Source: Lingula anatina
Taxonomy: Eukaryota > Animalia > Brachiopoda
DNA length: 64,000 bases
Direction of reading: 5' to 3'
Assembly: GCA_051362555.1 (NCBI GenBank)
Contig: CM120640.1
Span: forward strand, 3,968,001 to 4,032,000
This document shows, one piece after another, positions 54,224-64,000 of this stretch (position 1 is its first letter; every line of letters starts with the position of its first letter). A model generated the notes under the pieces. It was not told the origin of the DNA. It did no database searches and saw only the letters and a program-made list of their open reading frames with translations. The translations under genes were made by a program, and so were the position numbers.

Positions 54224-55881
54224 ATTGGAAGCTGTGTTTATCAGAAATGGTTAGTTTCATCGTCATCTCCCGTCATGTCTCATTGCTGTTTCTGAACTTC
54301 TAACAACCTGTTTTTCAGACGTCTGGTTAATATACAGAACAATGATCTTGGTTTCACGCCAAACACATTTCACTTTATGCTCATTTCACAAAATTGTTTT
54401 GAATCAACACTGAGGTTTGCTACCTGCATAAAGGAGATGTTGTGATTAGAAAGGTGCACCATTCTTCTGATTGTTTGTGCTTCTGAGGCGCAGCGTGTGA
54501 ACACAATGCCGTGTTTGCATGACTTAGACCATGGGCACAATCGGCTTTTTCTATGCAAACTTTTGAAATTTCATGCATGGTGCATTTTAGTTTTCTTCAT
54601 TAAAATCATATTCATAAATTCTCCTACTTGAACTGGTTGGCGAAAAGTAAAGAGTTTGTTCTGAAACAAAGAAAGGCTGAAATGTACAGAAATCACCGTG
54701 AATGGACACTGAATGGCTACCAGCTCTGTTGCTATACAGTTCAAGTGTGTATAAGCACCATGGGCCTGCCGACCAAAGCAGTACCATTTCCACAAGGGGC
54801 ACTTGACGTAAACAAGCACCTGCTTCCCCTCTCACAGGGGGTTATGTCATATTGGTCATTATTGATAATTTATTATGGTCATATGGACACGGTTCAACTG
54901 TGTCAGCTGCATATAAATGGGAATGGTCAGCTTTTGTTTGGTTTTAATCAAGTGAAGTTGTTTGCTTCATCTAATTACATAGTTTGATTTGTGATATCAA
55001 TAACAATTTTCGGTCAAGCAGTGCTTATATATATTTTTTCATTTTTCAATTTTGTTATAATAATCTAATTTCGAGGAATATTAAGTAAACTGCTACTAAA
55101 TTTTTCTTTCTTTCTTTTATTAATTTTTTTTTTATGTATAATAAATCATAAAAATTGCAGTGTTCCAAAATTAAATAATATTTTTGGTTATGGTAGGTGA
55201 AAACAAACAGTCTAGTATTTTACTCTGTTTTGAAAAATATAATCTTTAAATTTAAACCAAGACATGACAATTTGTAATATGAAAAATTAATGATATTGCT
55301 TTATTTTTGCAATTTTCTTGTTAACTACAAGCTGAACTTTGCCCGTTTTATTTAAAAACTTGTGATTATTTCATTCACATAATTTTTTAGAACAGCACAA
55401 ATTTAAAATCAGTTTTTTCTATCTTATTTTTCAGTGTCTTTAGATAGTTGGTAATATGTTTAATGGTTGAAGTAATTATTTCATTAAAGCCCTTCAGTGA
55501 AAATGTGCTTCATGTAATATTGGGTATATTGTGAAATAGAAAACCGCCTCTCAACATTTATGTTTATGTAATTGTTGCCGGCTTGTTGAACATGAATACA
55601 TTGTAGCGACTCAAGTTGCTAGTCCAATCAAAATGCTTTATCAATGTTGTGAGGTTATAGAGTCTGTGAGTAGACCAGAGTGCCATCTATTGACTGTTTC
55701 CTTTTTGTTGACTGTGTCTACAAATTATGTGCCACAAATTTAACACAAACCAATGATTAAAAATAATTAATTTTTGTTTGCAAATGTGTTTAATTGGCAT
55801 TCTTCAGTCAAATTAAAAATACTGATAAGTGTAGTTTGTATATTGTGCTCTTACCTGAATGGACAAATCAGTGCATGTTAA

Positions 55882-56218
55882 AGGGATAATAACTCTTCGT
55901 ATGAGGTCTATATTTCACAATAAAAACATTGTGAATAACTCATAGAAATATAATATATTCTGTTTTAAGACAAAAACAGCAGTTAAAGCCATTATTCTGA
56001 TATCTGAGCTTGTCTTCAGACCACATGACCTCCATTGATGGCTATACTCTGTTATAATCTCTTAAGAGATTTTAACAAAAAACCAAACTTTTTAGAAAAA
56101 AAACAGGGACTAACTTTGAATGTAAAAATGGATTCATTAACCATTGGTAAGTACGGGAAAATTGTTGTTTACTCCAGGAAAATTCATTTTTTGGCCAAAA
56201 CGAAGAGTTATTATCCCT
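55882..56218. mobile_element. 337-bp Kolobok-type MITE, copy 2 (inverted relative to 11283-11619)
   Basis: TTAA|AGGGATAATAACTCTTCGT...ACGAAGAGTTATTATCCCT|TTAA. Confidence 0.85.
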
Positions 56219-56620
56219 TTAAGTTTCTTTCAAATGAGTTTCTGGCAGACTTAATTCTTGCAATACTTCATGTTCATCAAGTCTCATACATGAACATATA
56301 ATGATTGCATTATTTGTAATATGTGTCAAGAATACTTCTGTTGGAGAATGTAAGACTACATTGCTTGTTGGACTTACAAAATTTACATGGAAACATTCTA
56401 CAAAAAGATAATTAACTGTCCTTCTGTCTGACTTAAAATTAACATGCATACATTAAATGCATAGAGAAATCTGTCTGTCTTTTTGTCTTTCCTTGCATTC
56501 ATCCATTTAGAGTATATAAGTGAAAGTTTTACTTGTTTCTGACAAATAATAAGCCATTTTTTTTAGATATTTTTCTTCAATTTTCACACTGTATAGATCT
56601 ATGGTTTAACTTTACTATAT

Positions 56621-59600
56621 TCAAGCATCGCGCAGTTTTTTAACGAGCCACTGAGACCCCTCGCTTTGGTCCAATGAAGTACAGAAAATTTGAAACCCCT
56701 TTTCTCCAGCAGTCATTAGTATTTCCAAAAGTTTTTCATTTTTTTCTTCTTTTACATGCTTGCTCTTGATCTCATTTTTTTGACGGCCGCTTATGATGTC
56801 TTCTTGAAACATGTAGTTGAGGATACTGGAAACATCCAAATTATCTACAAGAAGGCACCAGTGTTTTTTCAGGCACTTCTGATAAGGCATACCTGAAAAG
56901 ATGAGATCTTTCTTTAAATCCAAGGAATCACAATTCAGACATAAAAGTGATGTGTAAGCTTTACCTCTGTTTAAAAAATTGATCACAGCAGTGAAGCACA
57001 CATTTTGTTTCATGTTGGCATATTTTTGACTTCTTTTTGATGTTTTATACTATAAAACCTTCCAATATGGCAAAAAAATCAATAGTTCTACGTTCAACAT
57101 TTAAAAATAAAAAGGTGTTAAATTGACAATAAATGCTCCAAAGTGCCCTTACGGTACTGACTGGATCATTTCAACTGAAAAAAATTTGAATTCAACAGAT
57201 ACTTTATTTTTTAAGTAATAATTATTAATATTAGGACATCCCTATTGAGTGGTAACAACACAATTGAAAAGCAGACTACCTAATTGTTCTAATTTATACA
57301 GTAAAAGAACCAAGATGTTACATAAAAATGTATTTTTAATTATTTCAAAATTATGAAATTGAAAAACTGACAATTTTTCAGAGTTGAAACGATCGAGCCA
57401 TTATTATGTGCTTATGCTTAGCAACAAGAAACACAAATGCTAATATTTTATATTTTATCTCAGAAGAAAGGAAGAGGGATTAGTGAATATTTAGATGCAG
57501 GAAAAAAACTCATTTTTGGTATTTTGATGATCATAAACCTGTCAGGACCCTTAAGCTGTTTGATATACTCACCATATTGATATACTTACTGTAAGATAAA
57601 GGAGAAGGTGAAACAAGGCTTGCAGCACTAAAGGTCAGGGTGCATAGCATGACTGGATCATTTTCATGTGTTACACAGTAATGTGGACTGTGAAGTATAG
57701 ACACTTCTGTAGGTATTGGCTCCTTCCCCAGTGGAAGCTGGAAGTTCTGTCCTTTTGCTTTCATTTCGGTCATGTCAACTTCCATTTTCAGCATCACTGT
57801 CTTCTGTTCCTTTTTGAATATCAGAAGATCTTTGTGGTGTATAGAGTGAGAACTAGGCTGATTGTCAATTTCTATCATGTTCTTCTGTCTGAGCTCTTTT
57901 ATTTTAGGGCATTTTCGTGCCAGGTCTTGATTTGTGGCTGATATGACAAGTCTGTTAACAGGTGGCGCTGGGGGTATGAAAGCTGTGAAGTCACAAATGC
58001 AAGTACCTAGGTTTCTCAGATTTGCTAGTTTTTCTTTAAGTGTGTGAATTTCTTGATCTTTCGGCTCCACTCTGATGGCCCAGTACTCTTGGTATTCTCC
58101 ACACCCATTGATGGTGTATTCCACCATGTCAGCACCAGATTTCTTACAGCCACATGTACTGGTAACATCTTCATACTGTGTTTCTCCAGGGTTTCTTCTC
58201 TTTCTGGTTTTGTGTAGCATAAAACTTTGCGGCATACACCTCCGATATTTTGCATCTGGTGGAATTTTAGACTTAACAAGGATCTTTTTTATTATAGTGG
58301 AAGGCATTGTTGTCAGTTTGATACATTTTCCAGGTTGGATTTCTGAAGACACTTGCCCTTGCTCTAGTTCTTTGATTTGGTCTTGGCTAGGGAGGTACGT
58401 TGCAGCATTCATGGTCACATGACCGTCCACTGAGTCAGGAGGAACGGTGAATGCTGCATTTGAAAGTTCCAAGGCCCCACCCTGCTCATCTACTTCCAGA
58501 GTTCCACTATCAATTTCTTCTTTAGGTTGTTTTACTGATTTAACAGGACTTTTTTTGCTTGACTTTTGGGTTTGAGGAGGTATATATGCTGTTGTAGGAC
58601 GTCTTGGTTTCTGTGTCTTTTCTCTAACCATTTTGTTCATCACTGAAAAAGTGGGAACAGTTTGTATCTCTTGCTCTTTTGTATCTAGCTGTTTTCTGAA
58701 CCTTTCTTCCATCAATTTGATCTTTTGCTCCAATTTCTCAATGTTGGCAAGAGTCATTGTGGTCTGCATGTCTTTGTTTTCAGACATTAATACTGTCATG
58801 GTACCAGTTTCTTCATGACTAGTGTTTTCTGTCTGAATTGCTACAGGTACTGCTCGTTTGATTGGATTGTTTTTCTTCCAAGCATTATATGCCAAAGATT
58901 GCTTTTCTTGACTCTGCTTTGCCTGACTGTTTCGCCACAGTGTTTTATAATGCTGAACTTTGTCCCTCAAATCACTGATTTCCTTCTCAAGCTTCCTAAT
59001 TGTTTCACTATTGTGAATCGGTTCTGTTTCTACCTGTTTGAGGACTGGTTCCATTCTTGTTTGCTCTTCATGGTGAATGGCCACTTCGGTGTGGATGAAA
59101 CTAAGGAGAACTTTTATAACTTGTTCACGGAATACCTCCCATCCTGAAAAAAATAATTTTAGAAATATCCTAAAATAATATTGTATGATATTGTTTTTAA
59201 ACCAGCATCAAAAGTGTTCTGAAGTCACATCAGTAATGCGACATTTTTGTGTTCCAATGTAAGGAATGGTGTAATGTTATTGGTAGAGACAAATTTCCTC
59301 TCTGCTGTCTTTAAGCAAGGACTTCAAATTTATGTTCATTGTTTGAACAGTTAAAATTTTTATATGTTATGTACTATATACCTTCTTTCATGAAGTCTTT
59401 CATTTGCTTCACTTGATCTGGTTGTAGCTGTGGCTGAGTAGATTGAACCAGTTTGATGAAGTCCTGAATGCTATGACTTTTCTTTGAAGTCAGAAATAGC
59501 AAACAAAATGCCATCTCTTGCTGTGAAGAAACACTTCTTTCCTGAAGAGAAAGAATAGAAGATCCAAGAAAAACACCCAGAGAGGGCAGACTTCTGCTAA

Positions 59601-60103
59601 GGCGCCTCAGTTTTCATTATAATTAGTTAATTAATTATAAATGGATCACCACCAAAATCCAATTGTTTCAAAGTAAACCAATTTCTTACATATCCAGAAA
59701 TAGTTCATATTCTATCTATAACATTTTAGTTAGGCTGTTAACTAACAAACCAACAAATCAACAAAGGCAAAAACATAACCCCCTTGACAGAGGTTAAAAT
59801 ATCGTGAAAGTGAGGGAAAAAAAAAAACAGGTGACAGCACTCAGAATTCAAGTTTTTGATATATTGTAATAGCTTTGATAACAAGGTATTCCCCACGTCA
59901 AGCAGTTTGCCTAGATAGAAGCCCGTCTTTACCACACAAATAAACTGCATTTCAATGGATCACTTGTTTTTCAAATGATTTACCTTAAATGCTGAGATTG
60001 CAGCAGCATCAAGCAGCCCTGATGTTGTCATTGCTGTCCAGAAATTCTGGGAAGGAATGACATTAGAACATATATATTGCAGATTTCTTCTAACTGCATC
60101 CAT
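56621..60103 (-). CDS. CARD - coiled coil - ZU5 - UPA-like - CARD protein (~701 aa), paralog 2; exons 60103-59984, 59541-59382, 59143-57590, 56892-56621
   Basis: MDAVRRNLQYICSNVIPSQNFWTAMTTSGLLDAAAISAFK|ERSVSSQQEMAFCLLFL...|GWEVFREQ...; ZU5-like VDEQGGALELSNAAFTVPPDSV; phase-1 join to a clear CARD exon LKKHWCLLVDNLDVSSILNYMFQEDIISGRQKNEIKSKHVKEEKNEKLLEILMTAGEKGFQIFCTSL. Confidence 0.8.
59562..59797 (-). mobile_element. Short HINE/DINE-like element in intron 1 of paralog 2
   Basis: Reverse complement begins ACCTCTGTCAAGGGGGTTATGTTTT with (TTGT)-like microsatellite and ends CCTTAGCAGAAGTCTGCCCTCT..., like 26196-26422. Confidence 0.6.
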
Positions 60104-60759
60104 TTTGGATTTGCAATGAGCTTAAATTTCCATTGTGCAGTTTTCAATTCATGATCCTAATCTGGGTTATGTCAAACAATTTCTATTGTTCAATACCCTT
60201 TTGTCAATTTCTGTTCAATATTCAAACACAAAATGTAATGCAGAAATATTCACTTTTCTAAAGCCTTTGAGATGAAAGTCAGCTCTAAAAATAGCACAGA
60301 AAAATTTCATATCTGGAGATTGCAAATATGGAGATTTTTCAGCAATCTATTTTAGATATTATTGCTAATCTGTAATCAATTTTTGTGTGTGAAGATTGAA
60401 GCTTTTTATAATTTCAGATTGAATAAAGAGTTGTTTGATATCATTTGAGAAATATTGTATGATAAAATTTGTTTTATATAATTCTTTTTTTTTACTTAAA
60501 GTATCTGAAGTTCATGCTGCAAGTTGGTGATCAGTTAATAAAATAACATACAGAGTGGGAGAAGGCAATTTCTGTTTCATATTTTAGGTGGTTTTATTTT
60601 TCTTGAAAAATTGTTGCTACTTCATTTCTCTTACCCCAAAGTATTGAAGGGAATTTAAGCAAGATTCTTGTATGGGCTAAGGAGTGATTGAAAGCTTTTC
60701 AGAGTAAAAGAATACCAGAGAGGAAAGAGTGGTCTGTAAGATTTTTTCATACACAGTTT

Positions 60760-63665
60760 TATTGTACCACCAGCGTTAGCGCTGGCGGTACACATGGTTT
60801 CGGTCCCGTCCGGATCGTTCCGCCGGCTCCGCCAGCTCCGCCGGACGGCTACCGTTACCGCTTCTCCTCCTAGACGGTAAGGGCCCCCGTACCCATCTCA
60901 TGGATTTAGGTCACCTATAATCTCAACTCGTTCCATGTAAAATTTAGGCTTTGTCGGTATTGGGGTCTGGGTGTGGCACTCATTACAATGCACCCTTGTC
61001 TAAAAATGGCAAAATTAAATGCTAATTATCTACCCTACGGAAGGAGTTATGGGAAAATTTTCTATAGACGGCTTTCCAAAAGTCATATGTGTAGATTTCA
61101 AATATACCCTTGGATTTGACCTTTGACCTTTACTTCAAGGTCAAATGGGCCAAAATTTTCAAAAAAATGAAATTTTTTACGAAAAAAAATTTTTTTGCCC
61201 TGTTATTCAGACACTACACAGACTTAACCAATAATATTATTGGAAAGTGTTACCCTTCAGGTCATCTTTCATCTCCATGAATTTGGGGTCAATCGGTGCA
61301 TTTTCACGGGAGTAGCGGCCATAAGATACCGAAACTGAAAACTGTCTCTAATTCGGGAACCGTTAATGCTAGAGACCCATTCTTTTTTGCATTTTGTAGA
61401 GCATGTTAAGCCCAACACTGGAGGTGGTCTCGGTTTTTTTGTATTCCATACGGTTTTCGTGTTACGCTGTATCAAAAAGTACATATTGGTGGTAAAAGCA
61501 AAATGTGCAGTACGGTAATGGATAATAAATTTTGAACTCTAGAAAAATAAAACATAAGGCTTGGCAAAGCAGACAACTTGTGTTCAAAAATGACATTATT
61601 TCATCAAATTTGAACTTCTGAAACTTCAGAGCACCTCCTATTTCAAGAATTTTGACCAAAATGACATTTTCTTTATTTTAATTAATTTTTTCTGTACGAA
61701 ATTTAAGGCACATTATGGTAACTCCAAAATTATAACATTTAGTCCCTTATATCTCCAAAACTGGCAGAGATAGGTCCATAGTTACTATTGAAGTTGAATA
61801 GGAAGTCATATACTGGCTATCTTTCTGTGACCTTGAAATTGACCTTTGACCTACTTTTCACCATGAACTGAACTTTGCAAATTTTGCTTCCCTTTTATCT
61901 CCAAAACTGGCAGAGATAGGTCCATAGTTACTATTGAACTTGAATAGGAAGTCATATACTGGCAATCTAAATGTGATCTTAAAATTGACCTTTGACCTAC
62001 TTTTCACCATGAACTGAACTTTGCAAATTTTGCTTCCCTTTTATCTCCAAAACTGGCAGAGATAGGTCCGTAGTTACTATTGAACTTGAATAGGAAGTCA
62101 TATACTGGCAATCTATATGTGACCTTAAAATTGACCTTTGACCTACTTTTCACCATGAATTGAACTTTGCAAATTTTTCTTCCCTTTTATCTCCAAAACT
62201 GGCAGAGATAGGTCCATAGTTACTCTTGAACTTGAATAGGAAGTCATATACTGGCAATCTAAATGTGACCTTAAAATTGACCTTTGACCTACTTTACACC
62301 ATGAACTGAATTTTGCAAATTTTGCTTTTCTTTTATCTCCAAAACTGGCAGAGATAGGTCCGTAGTTACTATTGAACTTGAATGGAAAGTCATATACTGG
62401 CAATCTAAATGTGACCTTAAAATTGACCTTTAACCTACTTTTCACCATGAATTGAACTTTGCAAATTTTGCTTTCCTTTTATCTCCAAAACTGGCAGAGA
62501 TAGGTCCGTAGTTACTATTGAACTTGAATAGGAAGTCATATACTGGCAATCTATATGTGACCTTAAAATTGACCTTTGACCTACTTTTCACCATGAATTG
62601 AACTTTGCAAATTTTGCTTTCCTTTTATCTCCAAAACTGGCAGAGATAGGTCCGAAGTTACTATTGAACTTGAATAGGAAGTCATATACTGGCAATCTAT
62701 ATGTGACCTTAAAATTGACCTTTGACCTACTTTTCACCATGAATTGAACTTTGCAAATTTTGCTTTCCTTTTATCTCCAAAACTGGCAGAGATAGGTCCG
62801 TAGTTACTATTGAACTTGAATAGGAAGTCATATACTGGCAATCTATATGTGACCTTAAAATTGACCTTTGACCTTCTTTTCACCATGAACTGAACTTTGC
62901 AAATTTTTCTTCCCTTTTATCTCCAAAACTGGCAGAGATAGGTCCATAGTTACTATTGAACTTCAATAGGAAGTCATATACTGGCAATCTAAATGTGACC
63001 TTAAAATTGACCTTTGACCTACTTTACACCATGAACTGAATTTTGCAAATTTTGCTTTTCTTTTATCTCCAAAACTGGCTGAGATAGGTCCGTAGTTACT
63101 ATTGAACTTGAATAGAAAGTCATATACTGGCAATCTAAATGTGACCTTAAAATTGACCTTTAACCTACTTTTCACCATAAACTGAACTTTGCAAATTTTG
63201 CTTCCCTTTTATCTCCAAAACTGGCAGAGATAGGTCCATAGTTACTATTGAACTTGAATAGGAAGTCATATACTGGCAATCTAAATGTGACCTTAAAATT
63301 GACCTTTGACCTACTTTTCACCATGAACTGAACTTTGCAAATTTTGCTTTCCTTTTGTCTCCAAAACTGGCAGAGATAGGTCCATAGTTACTCTTGAACT
63401 TGAATAGGAAGTCATATACTGGCAATTTACTGTGACCTTGAAATTGACCCTTGACCTATCTTATGAAGAACTTAAATTTGATTGTACCATATATATTTTT
63501 TGCAAAAGTTTAAAAATTCTTGTTGATTGCATTTTTACAGCTTGTCAAGCACAAAACTGGTGGCTGTGTCCCTTATTTTGTGTATGTGGGGGTCTATACG
63601 AATGCGCTTGCTCCAGCTGGTGGTACAATATTCGGAGGCGGTATCGCCTCTCTGATCCTCTAGTT
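60760..63665 (+). mobile_element. Full-length HINE (non-autonomous Helentron-type) element carrying a satellite array
   Basis: 5' ATTGTACCACCAGC with local inverted repeat and CCG-rich microsatellite; 3' subterminal inverted copy GCTGGTGGTACAAT, stem-loop GAGGCGGTATCGCCTC, ending CTAG|TT. Confidence 0.85.
61750..63460. repeat. 146-bp tandem satellite, ~11.7 units, inside the HINE
   Basis: CTCCAAAACTGGC at 61753+146k (k=0..11). Confidence 0.97.
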
Positions 63666-63807
63666 AAAATTACTTTTTCTCCTGGCAAAGTGGATGATGA
63701 AAATGTCTAGGCTAAATATATCCTGCAATTTTATTTCAATAAATATATGATCTATAAATATAAGACAAAATTATTAGGTTGTGGTTTATGAATTATTTTC
63801 AGAATTT

Positions 63808-64000
63808 CTAAGTGTTATTTAGACGCTCCTCCAACCATGCAGACCCTTCACTCTGACGCAGTGCATCACAGAATATATGATATCCTCTCTCCCCGACTGT
63901 CATCAGTATTCCAAGCAGCTTTCCATTTCTCTCTTGCCTCACACTCTTGTCTTTGACCTCATTCATCTGACGACTGCTGAGGACATGTTCCTGGTACAAG
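63808..64000 (-). CDS. Terminal CARD exon of a further upstream paralog (paralog 1; rest outside window)
   Basis: YQEHVLSSRQMNEVKDKSVRQERNGKLLGILMTVGERGYHIFCDALRQSEGSAWL aligns without gaps to the CARD at 56621-56892. Confidence 0.85.
   Translation of the reverse strand, partial: LYQEHVLSSRQMNEVKDKSVRQERNGKLLGILMTVGERGYHIFCDALRQSEGSAWLEERLNNT

Noticed and set aside
56893-57013. Stand-alone 130-aa CARD-only gene starting at 57013
   Set aside because: A strong acceptor (ttttcag at 56893) in the right phase for the upstream donor makes it more likely a terminal exon; not fully excluded.
62143-63178. Twin ORFs MVKSRLKVNFKV...
   Set aside because: By-products of the 146-bp satellite.

Overview
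AT-rich eukaryotic (invertebrate, probably lophotrochozoan/mollusc-like) genomic DNA with spliced genes; all gene models were built by hand from splice sites and translation. In order: the last two exons of an unidentified + strand gene, whose final 3' splice site is amplified into an 18-copy 59-bp minisatellite; an orphan low-complexity gene (-); two diverged, tail-to-tail POLDIP2-like paralogs; pescadillo (PES1); a coiled-coil gene with an RFX X-box promoter; a theta-class GST head-to-head with a myosin XIX-like gene. The myosin stops mid-motor at 47137. The following >=16.8 kb holds, on the opposite strand, a tandem family of at least three death-fold genes with the inferred architecture CARD - coiled coil - LC8-type QT motifs - ZU5 - UPA - (CARD), i.e. 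PIDD/CARD8-like, with apparent CARD-plus and CARD-minus forms. This cluster is the best candidate for an undescribed system. Introns carry a Rex1/Babar LINE fragment, a Gypsy remnant, several MITEs and Helentron-type (HINE) elements with internal satellites.
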